Below, one piece after another: positions 30,532 to 48,282 of a stretch of DNA of 64,000 nt. This stretch comes from Chrysomallon squamiferum (taxonomy: Eukaryota > Animalia > Mollusca), in NCBI GenBank assembly GCA_012295275.1, contig CM022667.1:13020001-13084000 (forward strand). Reading direction: 5' to 3'. The notes under the pieces were generated by a model that was not told the DNA's origin, ran no database searches, and worked only from the letters and a program-made list of their open reading frames with translations. The number at the start of each line of letters is the position of its first letter. The first letter of the stretch is position 1. The translations under genes and the position numbers were made by a program.

Positions 30532-33320
30532 TTACAGTCGAGTGGACATGGTACGGGACTCGGAGTTCAAGATACCACGAGGATACCTCACTGTGTCTAA
30601 TTTTGTCTTCAGTAGATTAAACACTCTCCGATTGGCAACGAAACAGAGGAAAATGTAGAGGCCTTGACATCCATTTAGAATTATAAACACGTACCAGAAC
30701 CACTCAGATTTGAAAAACGCAGCCGCAAACCCAAAAGCCCAAGTGAGTCCAGTAATGATCATCAGTTTGCAGTAAATAAAACATTTAATTCTGTCTTTTC
30801 TTGTCGACGTGGCCGTCTTCGACATCTTCGTACTTCTTTCAATAGCGCATATCGTGATTACGAAACAAACAATGTTTACCGCAAGAAGAGTAGCCAGTGG
30901 AACGGCAAACGTTACCATCAAAGCTTTCTTGTTAGCAATCCAGCAGACGTCATTGTCCCCGTATCCAATAACAGTGTGAGGCAGGTCAGCTGTGTCGACA
31001 GCAACAGACGAAGCTACGATTAATGTTGGCAAACTCATAGCTGTTGATACATAGTAGAAAAACAGTTTGTTGCTTTGAGCAGCTGTAGATTTGGAAGTGA
31101 ACGTTTTGACAAGATTTATGGCCATCATGGTCATCCAGATGAAGGTGGACAACCAGGACCAGTGAAGGACAATTGCCAGAACTTTGCAGAAGAGACCGAT
31201 AGCTGCATTACTCAACAGTAATAAGATCTGCGACGTCATCAGTGAAAATGATACGGACATGATGATTTTTCCTGGAATGTTTTGAAGATCTGGCAGAAGT
31301 AAGTAGATTATGAGTGTGAGTGCTAATGAAAACACGGAAACAAGAGAACAAATCAAAGTTAATATTCCTTGTGTTGGGTTGAAGTCAAAGAAACGGACAG
31401 TCTCGTTCTTGTTGTACTCTCTGCTAAAATTAGAACATACATAGACTTGATTCTCGTCAAATACAAACTGGCTAGAAGAAAAGAACAAGTCAGTTCCTAG
31501 GATGTGGAGAGTCTCATTCAAATCTTCAGTCAGGTTTTCAGGATACGAAATCATAGGACAGTCTAGCAGACGAGAAGAGTTCATTTCACAGATAGTATAT
31601 TCCACAAGACTACTTCCATTGCTGTCTATTCTTATGACGAAAGGAATGTTTTCTAACGGGTAATACTGCACACCATGTTTCACAAACCAAGTTTTGTTGC
31701 TTTCCAAGAGATTTCCGTTTACAGAGACGTGACTATCATTAACACTGCACTGCACATGTTTATCGCTCGTCACAGAACGCAATCTTATGCTAGAGCCGTA
31801 TGTTTCATAATTTATCTTATTAAGGACTTCAATCAAAGTGGCCAAGAAATGAGAAGAATAGCTAAACTCGTAGATATAGGTAATGTTGTCTTTCTTATTA
31901 TTTCTACATCTCGATGCTAACACTAAAGTTATTGTTTTAAAATCTGTAACATTTTCTGAAACAGAAGAGAACGCACAATGTGTTTCACTGACTGAACAGT
32001 TCTGGCTAAAACTGATTTTTAATTTAGAGTCGAGTTCTTCCATGAGCTCTTTATCGTCCAGTTTGCACTGACCGTTGTTGTAGGTTACATCCAAATAGAT
32101 CGTCCTGAATCCGTCAGGAAATATCTGATGTCTTAGATCACCGACGAGAGAGCCATTTACAACACAAGAACCGTTCACTGGAAATTTGCCTTCAGGACAA
32201 ACGAGTCGTCGACAAGTGTCTAGATAATAGTCGTAAACTTCATCCACGTCACAGACCACATGAACAGGGCTGCTACAAGAACCCGTGGAAGGGCAAAGTT
32301 TGACATCAACGTCGTTGAAATCGAGAAGCAGGTTCAGACTCACTAACGGCGGTGGACCGCTTGTTATTATGCAAACCTTGCAGTGATATGTGTCAAGATT
32401 AACTTGATCGTTTACCAGCCAACTGCAGTGGATATTTCTGTACAAGTCACAGTCGTTTTGTACCATGTACCGATAAGCACCGCAAAGTTTCCACAAATGA
32501 TCAACCGTACCTAACTGCTGTGATCCATGCGTTGTCCCCGATTTCCCAGAAAAATGATCTCTAGCTCTGTTTACGACGAATCTCAGTTGTACATCTCTCA
32601 AAAAATCCTCGCTGTTTCTTTTGTTGAACGCGCGGTCCATTTCGTCTGACTCGTCGCAGTACCTTAGATCGGTTCCTTTTGGATTCTGCAAGAAAAAGGA
32701 GCAGTCGCCTTTTTGTACAAAAGTGTGGAGCTGATTAAAGGTTAAACCAGGCGTCCCGACACCCTGCAGACAAACCACAGATGCGTTCCAGACCCAGACG
32801 TCGCTGAAGCCGAGGCCGTGACAAACCGCGCAGAAGACGTTCCTGAACGTGATGAAGCTGAACACCTTGTGAGTGGCGGGAACAGAACTGATAACGTCTG
32901 CGTCTGGATCACGACATTTGGAAGCGACGGAGGAGATGTTGTACGTCTCTGGGCACTCTCCTATTAACCATACGTGCTGCACCAGTGATGTGATTGTAAG
33001 AGTAGAGCAGGCCTTGTACTTGAACAGACGCATTAACATTGAAATTTCGGAAGAATTTTCCGTCGTCGACTGGATCTGTTCATTCACCCATTCGTAATTG
33101 CCAGGTCGTACGTCACTCGAGTTAGCTACACAGACTGAGTAGAAGTCGGGACAACAGTCACCGTATATTATACACGCAGTGTCGCAAAAACAGTGGAGTT
33201 TGTCACTTAGAACTGTCGCCTCCATTTTACCATCAAAGCATTTGTTTTCACAGACACGATTTTCACATCCTGGCATTTCAAGGCCAAAGTATTCAATAGT
33301 AGAGGCTCTGATTTGAATGA
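30532..33320 (-). CDS. Somatomedin-B domain / Methuselah-like (class B3) GPCR, copy 3 (large exon; signal exon uncertain)
   Basis: Open ~930-codon exon starting after poly-T/AG at 33320, at the same phase-1 AG|TC junction as copy 2. Same SMB, ectodomain Cys pattern and 7TM as copy 2. Candidate signal exon 33607-33554 is 1 nt out of phase. Confidence 0.88.
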
Positions 33321-33455
33321 CTAAAAAAAAAAAAAAAAAAAAAATAAATAAAAACATTTTGATAGTTCATTAAGTTCATTATGGATATAATACTCTGAAA
33401 TAAATTCTTATACGGAAAAAACAAAATTTAAAAAATTAGTTCTCTACAGCTCTAC

Positions 33456-33516
<61 letters not shown>

Positions 33517-35145
33517 GTAAAAGAAGATGAAGTCCAACGATTTTCTTTCTTACCATTCGTTGAAAATAAAATAAAATAAAAATAAAATAAAAATCGGCTA
33601 AGAGCATCTTGATCTTCACTTCCTGTTGGTTCTACGCTTTCTTTGACAAGAAATGTTCAGTAGTTCGTTTTTAAACGGTTTTAAAATCAATAAATAAAAA
33701 TGAGGCAATCTGTTTTCGACGTCAGAACCATTCTTTTAAAACAGCATCAATCATTAACTCAGATTGTTTACGTTTTATTTCAGATTTAAGAAGAAGATTA
33801 TACTCCGATTATTGATAATCCCCGAAGACAGATTACTTGTAGACAGGTGTTTGACATGAAAGAGTTGGTTCTTTGCTGCTCTTGAAATAAGCTCCGTAAT
33901 CGTAGAAGATATTTATTTCTATAATAATACGATTAATATTCTGTGCAAATATTATTATTATTTTTTATATGTTAAGTTGTAAAGTAACTTCGATCTTTAA
34001 CAAAGACGGAGAAAAAACGAATCTAAAGCAAGATAAAAAAAAAAAGTAACAGAAAGAAGTTTAGTATTTCATAAAAATGGCGTCCGAAAAGCTTTGAGCC
34101 ATGATAGTATTTTCTGTTTTAATTAATTTTTTTTAAATATGTGGTTTACAGATTATATAAGTCGTATGAAAACTGAAATAAAAAAATAAATAAAAAATAA
34201 AGTCAAAAAAGATATATTATTATATGAAGAATGTCCGATTTATGAATTCAATACCATAACCAAATTTGAGTTATGAATTTAATATATATATTTATTATTA
34301 TTATTATTAATTATGTATTAACATTAAAGTCCGGATGATAATCTACCAAAGTGTATAACACAGATAATGTGACTAATAACATACTGCATGTATTTGTATA
34401 GAATTTTAAAAATGTTTTATTCCGGCCAAGAGAAATAAAAATGTTTGCACAATGTCTTTTTTTTTAATACAGACAAAATTAATAGTATCTCTGAAATAAG
34501 TTTTTTTTTTTACTGGAAACCATTAACTGCAAAATATTTCTAAAAAAATATAGGTAAACTTTATTAATAAGTGATGTATTCGGGATATATAAAAAACAAC
34601 AACAAAAAGTTATCTTATTTAAAATCAGTATAGTTGTCTTTTAGGTGTCTTGACTTTGTTTGTTTTGTTTTTCTGTCTGTTGGTTTTCGTTTTCTTTGAA
34701 TTCGTGTTTGTATAGAACATCTTCAAAGGTAAATCATTTAGTCCCATTATATATATATACTTAAATAATGACACTTTTTTAAACGAGTGTTTTGTTGTTC
34801 TATAAAGCTTAACGGACTTATCGCATGATTTTACTTACGATTATACAGAATACAAATCCTAAAATATAAGTCATATTTATTTTTAAAAATTATATTAGTT
34901 TCTTGAAACAAATAAAAGAGAGAAGAAAAAAAAAATGAAGAAATCAGTTTTAATACTTCGAGAAGTTAAATATATACATTCCAGTAGGGATGTTTATGTA
35001 ATACATACGTAATGTGTTCTGTTGAATTACTTACTTCATCAGCCTATTTCTTGCTGTATGTTCGTCAGTGCTTGTGGAAAATAATAAAAGCCATTGTACA
35101 TGAACATTATTTTTCATGGCAAGTAGTAAACTGCAAGTGAGAGAG

Positions 35146-35205
<60 letters not shown>

Positions 35206-35501
35206 AGGATCATATTATTCACAATATCCGGATTTGAAAAATTGAAGTGCACCAAAGGGCTCTAACTGACTTAAACTCTACGTACCTGCCAATCGTACAG
35301 AAGAAGAACAAATAAATATATAAATCTAGAAAATGAGAAAACAAATTCAAAAACTATATTAGCTACTATGATGATATAGAAACTGCAGCGATAACAATAA
35401 TGTAGGTAAATTAAAGAACTATATATCTAAAATATTCCACAAGAAATGAAATAATATACTTTTGTTTTGATCCACATTCTACTTTTGTGATAAATAAACC
35501 T

Positions 35502-38690
<3,189 letters not shown>

Positions 38691-39424
38691 CTTTCACACT
38701 TTTCTTCTCAGACAAGTTGTTAAATTGGTCTTTACACAGTTTAAACAAATCTGATGTATCTCAAGTATGTTGTTTAAGTAAAATAAATTGTTAATGCTGA
38801 ACAATATCAAAACAGCTTTGTGGTAAATATCTGTCTTTGTGAATGTGATAATAATAATATTTCACTCCTGTCTAGAAGAAAACTTCTACAAATTCTTTAC
38901 AATACTGACAGTACGTTCTTCTAAGCGTAGTTTTGTCATCGCAAATTCACAAGTACGTTTCTGTTGGAAGTCAGTGCTAGGCAGATACTAAATATATACA
39001 TACATACACTTTATTAAAAGTAAGAAATCTGTGTTTGTTTCGTATTTCTCCTAGAAAACGTCTTTTTGTTATTGAAATCAATACACTGGTCTAATGCATG
39101 TAACAACAATAGCGATTTCTTTTTTTCTTTGTCCCGCTCTCTTTTTATTTTCACTTTCACATGTTTTTTTCTTGTATTGATGAATGCATACAACATGTTA
39201 AAAGGTAAGTAATATAGTCATGCAAGTCTTTAAATGCTGAAAGAGTGTTTTGTTGTTCTACAAAGCTTAATGGATTTTTATGTAAAAGTTAAGCGGATGA
39301 AGTTATGCATTACAACAAACTGCTTTGTTCCTTCTATGATGGTTAGAAAGAAGCGAACGATGTATTGTTGTTTCTGAATATTATATATGGATATCTATGT
39401 TTGTTTTTATCACAGAGAGAGAGA

Positions 39425-39526
<102 letters not shown>

Positions 39527-39957
39527 CAGCGATACAAATTATAAGAGAAAAAAATAATAGAAAAAATGAGATAGATTGCGAGAGGGAGAGAGTCAGAAAG
39601 ACCTAAAAACGGAGAAAGTTAGAAAGAAACAGAAACAGAGACATAATCAAAATGTTCTGATTATGTTGCTATTACCAAACAAATAAGTACATATACATCT
39701 GAGACAACATTTTTCATATGTAACGAATAACCAGCATGCTACGACTTGGTTATTCCTGTATTCAGTAAACGTTTGTGACGTACTTAATCTACTACTGTGA
39801 AAATAAAACTGATTTGCTTGCTTATTGCGTAATCAGTCGTTTGAGCTTTCTCGCATGGTTTAGCTCAGATTCAGGAATAAAGAGAAAATATCGAACTAAA
39901 TGGAAAAAAAAAATTCTTTAGGTGTCTATCTGTAAATAATGTGTGTGTGTGTGTGTA

Positions 39958-40051
<94 letters not shown>

Positions 40052-40220
40052 ACAAACTTATAATTTTTCAATTATTCTCTTTTGTTTTGTTCTCACTTTT
40101 ATTTAAAATATTTCTTTAACAGCTTCCAGTTAAATGTCTTGAAATACCCATTTATTTCATTTTCATACACCTGTTTATTTTATCACAAATGTAAAGTCAG
40201 TCAACATAACAAAAATTATG

Positions 40221-40439
40221 TTAAATTTTCTTCTCACAAATATATTTATTTTTACTCTGACAGTTGCTTCTTTTCCAGGTTCCTTTTAAACCATTTAGTA
40301 CTACACAGTCATATTCATCGTCTCCATTATTTTCGTCAACCAAGTTAACATAACCCACATTTTGCCCGTTTGTCCAAACAAAGACGCTATCATTTATTTT
40401 TTCAGACAAACCAATGTAATAAGGGGAATCATCTGAAAA

Positions 40440-40486
<47 letters not shown>

Positions 40487-40575
40487 AGAAAGAAAGAAAG
40501 AAAGAAGAAATAAAGAAAGAAAGAAATAAAGAACGCAACTATAACAATAACACAGCAATGGCAATAATAATAATG

Positions 40576-40659
<84 letters not shown>

Positions 40660-42011
40660 ATAAATATATATGTGTGTGTATGTGTTTGTGTGTGTGTGTG
40701 TGTGTAACAAATCATTTAGATGGAGACTTATCATATATTTCCATTAAAATAAACAATTAAGTAAATAAATAAATAAAACGTACAGCAGCAACAACAACAA
40801 CAACAGAAACAACATAAAAAAGAAACAAAGAAAATCAAAATAACAAACTATTTACCTCTCTTGGTTTTCAAATATTCAGCAACAGCTTTATTTTTCAAAG
40901 TGGTATCGAGGACAATCAATCTGGAACCTGATTTGTTGCAGAGGTCACGTGCCTTACGCCAAGTTACAGCAGTCATGACGATTTTGAAGCAGAGTTTTGG
41001 TTCGTGAAGCAAAGTGTAGTTGTCTTCAAGAGGGCATTTTACTGAAAAAACATATTACGTTTTATTTGAGAGCTATATTAAGTGTTACGATGAACACCAA
41101 ATACTGATACATTACTTAAAATGGCAAATAAAATAAACGGGTCTAAAAAGTAATAAAAAAGGCAATATGAATGAAATTATGATGAAAATACATAGCTGGT
41201 ATGTAAAAGGAGGAATATTTAACATACGACCTCTGCAGTATGTAAATAAATAAATGTAATTTCTGAAGTACCGATGGTGGACAGGTTACGCGAGTAATAA
41301 CGAAAACCAACGGAACTGGACGATTCGGGAGTGTTTTGAAAGTCAGCAGAATGCAGACGACAGACGCCACCATGACTGTTGTAAGAAAACGATTTGCACT
41401 CTGGAATCTTGGAACATTCCATCCCACAATTCACTTTATTTCTGACGTCGTTCATAGAAGACATTACGTTTTCGTTCATTATGATGTCATCAAATTCGTC
41501 GTTCCGAATCCAAAGGAATTCATTAACGTTATCACTGGAAAAAAAAACACACAAAAAAAACAACAACAACAAACAAACAAACAAAAATAACCCCAGAAAA
41601 ACAAACAACAACAGCAAAATAAATAAATAAATAAATAAAAGAAAAGAAAAGAGAGAAAAAAAATCGAAGAACTTCTAACTAAAATACGAAAGAGGGAAAT
41701 AATGAGTCACGCATTTTGCACTTTATCCATTAATATTAGATAATGAAGAGCTTCTTTTAAGTTATCAGTAAATCAAATATGTAACCTTTACCATTAGAGG
41801 ACTATTTTATTTTTTGGTGCTATTCTATCTTTGGGTTTTTAATCCCTCAATTTTCTGTCCCATATTCAGTTAAGAAACACAGTCTAACTATCACCTCACA
41901 AATAATTCAGAAACCAAAATACGAATACGATTATACATACCCTGATGCTATGATAAGACGATAAAGAATTACGTGTAGCCAAGTCACGGAAATGTAAACT
42001 GAGTTAATCAT
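40221..42011 (-). CDS. Secreted PAN/Apple + C-type lectin domain protein, gene B (intact)
   Basis: Phase-consistent GT-AG exons 42011-41941 (signal), 41534-41272 (PAN), 41041-40856 (CPLEDNY...WRKARDLC...SRLIVLDT), 40432-40221 (YYIGLS...FVWTNG...DCVVL...W...C...YICEK). Confidence 0.85.
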
Positions 42012-43671
42012 GCTTCTGGTGTGTTATTTAACTAGGAATCCGGTAGCTTATGAAATCCCTTTCTTTCAAAGAATAACGCAACGAACCTCCTACAACAACA
42101 GCAGCAACAGCAGCAGTTGAATTTTTTTTTTTTTTTAGCAGAAAGTAATGTTTTCGTTATCATCTCTGGATCATGATAATGATGATGACGATAATAATAG
42201 TAATAGTAATATTATTCCAACAGTACTGGTACTACTATTACTACTACTACTACAACAACTACTACTACTACTACTACTAGTATTACTGCTACTGTTGCAA
42301 CAACCACAACCATTACTGAAACTAGGACTAAAACCACGACTCCATTACAACAATTACTACTGCAATAATAATAATAGTAATAATCGTAGTAACTCGTCTA
42401 GTGGTAATAATAACGATGATTATAATGATGATGATGATGATAACGCAGTAATAATAAATATAATGCGACGAAGATGATAATGATAATAATTATAATAACA
42501 ATAACAGTGATGATGATGATGATGACGATGGTACTAATGATGATAATGATAGTAATATTTCATTAATAAACAAGTAATATAATTATCAGGTTACTAACCT
42601 TGAAGAGCTGTAAAAGATTCTTTCGTCAGTCCTGCGGAATAACAGAAACACGGAGAATTGGCAGATTGCAGAAAACTGTGTGCGCAATCTACAAAGCAAA
42701 CAGCCTGATTATAAACTGGAAGTTTGGCTTTGCAAATTTATATCGGAAGTCGATGGCAGCGAAACAGAAAAAAAGTTAAATAAAATAAAATAGAGAGGAA
42801 AAAAGATGAAGAAAATAAACGAAACGTAAATATTATTGTGAAATATTAAATAAATAATAAATATTTAATTTTAAAATAAAGCTGTATGTGTACCACGTTT
42901 AAACTAAAAAAAAATAAAAAAAAAAAAAAAAAAAAATAAAAAATAATTTGTGTATTTAAAATCAATATATCGATCATATGAGCTCGATTAACATATATGA
43001 TTGTTAGGCTTTTCTTCTTCTCTCTTTAAGTTTTCGCTTTCATTTTTTTTTTTCATTTATTATTATTATAATAAAATTTTTATTCCTTTTAAAGTGCGTA
43101 TATAATAGAAATCTTGAAGAGTAATTGATATATTCATATACATAGGTATGACGTTGAAAGAATGTTCTGTTAAATGTAATGGCTTTGAGCATCAGAAATC
43201 AATTTCACAAAACTCTAAAAGTACCTGAAATTGTTATTGAATAGAGAATTAATGCATTTCCATTCAGAATATACTGTGATTACTTAAACAAAAGCTACCA
43301 CGTCATTCAGATCTTTAATAGGCAAAAAAAAAAAAAAAAAAAAATCAAAAAAAATCAAAAAAAAAATCATACGAATCGCGTGCTTGGAGTACTCAGTCTT
43401 TTCAGCTATAGTGTCTCTATCGATAGACGTAACATGGATTAGCGTATGGATTAAAGAGAGCAATGAAATAGCTTAGTAATTGCAAAGAAAAACGATTAAC
43501 ATATTTTATCTCTTTTTTTTCTTTTCCTCGCATTAACGCTAGCAATCTGATGAAAAACGCGACCAAATAAAATCCAGTCGTTCACTCATACGCAAATGGA
43601 AATAAAGTTAACGGCTAAAACGTCTAAAGTAATTAATTCTACAGTTACATACAGCAACTTACATAGACACA

Positions 43672-43775
<104 letters not shown>

Positions 43776-43790
43776 CACAGAGAGAGAGAG

Positions 43791-43870
<80 letters not shown>

Positions 43871-44644
43871 TAAATTCTGTCAATGAAAATAGAAGAAAGA
43901 ACAGCATTATCGTATACTATCTTTCAACGTGTGTCTGTTATTTTCAGCGACATAACCTATCCAGAACTAAAATATTATTACTGTTATTATTAATATTATT
44001 AGTAGTAGTAATAGTAGTAGTCGACGTTGTAGTAATAGTAGTAGCAGTTATAGATGAAGTAATAAACAAATGATTAATACAGTATGATGAACTGTAATTA
44101 CATATTATTAAATTATGAGACTTCAAACTTATTTTTAGTTCTGTGAATAAATAAACGTATCTACATACTCTAATAGGGAGACTATAAACTGAATCTGTAT
44201 GAATGAGTGTGTATATACATATACGTGTGTATGTGTGTGTGTGCGCGCGCGCGATTTTTATTTTTTCATTTTTTTCAGAAGAAGACAATTCATGTGTTTT
44301 TGTTGTTGTTTTATATCTGTACCGAATTTATGGTTTATACATTAATATGAAAAACAAACCATTTTGTTTTATTCCTTTACTGTTTTCTTGGAGATATCTA
44401 CAATAATTTCCAAATTCTTTTTCACCAATTTATAAGAAAAAACACTATATGTTGTTAGCAATTTTTAAATATGTAATAATTTAGTTTTGACAAATATATC
44501 CACTAAAAACATTAAATTCTTCAACTTGGTTTTTCACAAATATTTATTTGCTAATATCCTAAGACGTCAATATATTTCTTCTTTTTCTTCTTTTGCAAGT
44601 TAATTTCCGGATAACAAATAAGTACATAATAAGTCCCACAAACT

Positions 44645-44933
44645 TCAGATTTCTTTTTCACAAATGAACCTGTGGGAATTGTTACACTTGTCTGTGGACC
44701 AGGTACGTTTTGTACCATGTAGTACCACGCAGTCTTGATCGTCCGTGTTTTCCCGTCCCTTCGTCCAGTGGACGAAATCTACAGTTTGTCCGTTTGTCCA
44801 CACAAACACACCTTCTGTACCTTCATCAGATAAACCAATGTAGTAAAAGAGATCATCTGGAGAAAAATAAATAAATAAATAAACAAGCAAACAAAATTTC
44901 ATGACTAATTATAGCATATTATTATTATTGTTA

Positions 44934-45006
<73 letters not shown>

Positions 45007-46130
45007 TAATTTAATTTTTTTAATTTTTTTATCACTATACACCTACTAAGCTATTTTCTGTTACAGATTTGTAAACAATATTTTCTGCAGATTTTATATT
45101 AGTGCGAACTATTCTTTTCATGGTGTTCTATGATATTTTAGCACTATCATCATCAACATCATCATCATCGTCACAGTCATCTACTATTACCAACCACCAC
45201 TACAACCACTGCTACTATTATTACTATTACTGCCACAACAACAAAAACTATCATTACCACCATGACTACAATTACTACTACTACCACTACTACTTTTACT
45301 ACTACTGCTACTGCTACTACCACTATTATTACTACTACTACTACCACTAGAACTATTACTGCTACTACTACCACTAGAACTATTACTACTACTACTACTA
45401 CCACTACTTTTACTGCTACTACTATTACATGTATTTAAAAATAATTAAAAATAATAATTATACTTAATCGACTGACCATTCACTTTTTCAGATAATCTTC
45501 AATTGCGTCATTTTTCTCTTTCGTGTCCATGACAATCAATCTGGAACCTGATTGGCTGCAGAGGTCACGTGCGTCGTGCCACGTTTTGTGTGTTCCGTTG
45601 ATTTTAAAGCAGAGTTTTGCGTGTTCGAGCCAAATATAATTGTCCGTAGTCGGACAGGTCAGTGTGTGTCTGCCTCTGTTACTGTTGAGGTTGTTGTCTG
45701 TTGTGGACAAAATTAGCTTGTAATGGACAGAACCCATTGAGGTGAAATTTTTAGCAGTGGCGTCAAATACAGTAAAATGCAGACGACAGACCCCACTAAA
45801 GCTGTTGTAAGTGAAAGATTTGCAAGCATCATTTTTGGAACATTCCATCCCACAGTTCAGCTTGTTTCTGACGTCACTGATAGATTCGATGACATCGTCA
45901 GTAATCGTGACGTCATCAAAGTAGGAATTACGGACCCAAATGAAGTCTTTGATATTGTCACTGGAATTAAACAAAAATATAATGACTATATAATACATAA
46001 AACACACAGGCACACGCACGCACACGCACACACATAAAAAAAAATCAGTTATTACATTTTGATTATGTTATTTATTTATTTTTTTAAATATTTATACTGG
46101 AAATGATTGAGTTGTGGAGTAAGTGCAGGT

Positions 46131-46211
<81 letters not shown>

Positions 46212-46262
46212 GCATATGAATGTATTTGTGTATGTATGTGTGTATGTATCTATGCATCTATG

Positions 46263-46293
<31 letters not shown>

Positions 46294-46475
46294 GTATGTG
46301 TGTATGTATCTATGCATATATATATGAATGTATGTATATATATATATGTATGTATATACGTGTGTATGTATATAATATGTATGTATGTATGTATGAGTAC
46401 GTACCTTAGTACTAAAGTAGAAATGAACAGAAGCTGTGTTAACCATATTCTAAGCACAAAAACAACTGATGCCAT
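44645..46475 (-). CDS. Secreted PAN/Apple + C-type lectin domain protein, gene C (PAN and CTLD N-half in one exon; 1-nt phase conflict at ~45485)
   Basis: Exons 46475-46405 (signal MASVVFVLRIWLTQLLFISTLVL), 45960 to ~45480 (PAN + linker + CPTTDNY...WHDARDLC), 44856-44645 (YYIGLSDEGTEGVFVWTNG...DCVVL...WSTDKC...FICEK). The junction needs plus or minus 1 nt in the T5 run at 45484-45488. Confidence 0.8.
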
Positions 46476-46610
46476 TACCCTTGAGTCAAATGTGCCTGTG
46501 TTAAAAAACAAATTATGTGTGTAATGAAAATGCGAGCAATCACAGTGATGTTGCTGCTGTCACTGATGTTGTATTGTTGATGATAACAACGCTAAAAATT
46601 ATATAGCAGC

Positions 46611-46646
<36 letters not shown>

Positions 46647-48282
46647 TATATTATTATTATTATATCAGTAGGTAGTATTTGTAGTAGTAATGATAAATAT
46701 AGTAGTAGTAGTAGTAGTAGTAGCAGCAATAATCATATTAGTAATAGTAAAACCATTTTTTTTTTTTTTTTTTTTGTAGTCGTAGTGATAATAACAATAA
46801 CAATAATAAAATTAAAAGGTAATAATTACCTTATAACTGTATTGGCGACTGTACTTCACTCTCTTCTGTTTTCCCCAAACAGCTGCACAGCTTTGATAAA
46901 CCCGAACAAGGAACAAAATGCATGAAAAAAGTCAGGTAAAACAAATGTGAATTGATATTGATTATGTAAATGTCGTTTAGTTTTATTACTAACTTTGATT
47001 TGTTTCTGTATTTTTTTTCTTCTCTCACTCGTTTAATAACTAAGTGGTATCTAGGATTTTCTCGCGTGGGTCTCGAAGATTTTAATGAAAATATAGAATA
47101 AAAAGTAACCGGTTCCAGATAAAGTTGGATAGATCTGTTTCAAAACATTTTTTAAGTAGTTTTGTTCAAATGTTTACATACGTTTGCGTAAATGTTTATT
47201 AACTGTGTGAAATGGAAATATACCCTTAAAACAAAATTGGACATTTTTGTTAAAGAATGTAGAAACTTCTTGAAATGTTTACGAGTCTTTTTAGACATCT
47301 GGTGAAATGTTGCACGGGTTTGCTTAAATATTTAAAAGCCTGTTGAAATGTTTGCACACCTTTACTGAAATATTTAGATATGTGTTAAAATGTCAGGACA
47401 CTTATTTGAAATGTTTATATATTCTTCCACAGATTTTGATCATTCTCGTTTCGTTTCCGTAACATTCAGTCGACAATTCGTGTTCTCGTTCAGTTTCGCT
47501 CACATTAGGATTCGCGCAGTTTCGATCCAAGAAGTTTCCGTGTTTTTGTTAGAAGGAATAAGTGTTCAACTTCCGCACTGGGGTTACCGTTTATTTCCTG
47601 CAAATTCGATAAAAGTGTGATAGGAATACTTCTAGGAAAGCAAAAGGAATTGAATTCTATCCAATCATTAGGAAAGCAAAAGGAATTGAGTTTCAGCCAA
47701 CCATCGACGAGCTAGCGTTCAACCAATAGCATTCCAGTTCCAACGAAAGCCTGCAACCAATCAACGACGAGCTAGCGCCAGCCACTAAAAAGCCAGTCTG
47801 CACACAAGAAGCTGTCGACCAATCAACTTAGAGACAGCACCAACCAGTCAGAATCCACAGTCCACCGGGAATTATCTGTTCATCTTTGAAACTTCCCAAA
47901 TTAGGATTCCAATTCAATTTCGAACTTAGAACACTCGACATCAAATTTGGTAAGAAAAGGAATCCTATCATCCCAGCACGTCATACTCACTTTCCCAGCA
48001 CCAAACTTTGAAACCTCCTCTTATCTCTCCCCTTACCAACCTCAAACCCTCTCCCCCAGTGCTAGTGTTGTCAAATATTTTAAATTCGTGTATTGTAATT
48101 ATTAATTTAATATTAACTGCAGATAGACAAATATAAATATATAAATATTATTTTAAATTTTAATTTTTGGAATATTATTAGCAAAACTCAATTTAATAAT
48201 TTAATTTTGTTTGTTTTCTTTTGGTAGTATTATTAGTATAATAAAAATAATAATAATTAATTAATTCGTGTATCAATTAAAA

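Noticed and set aside
35031-35255. ORF with GTAAGT donor as possible first exon of GPCR copy 3
   Set aside because: The donor falls in phase 2 for the ATG frame and the peptide is not signal-like.
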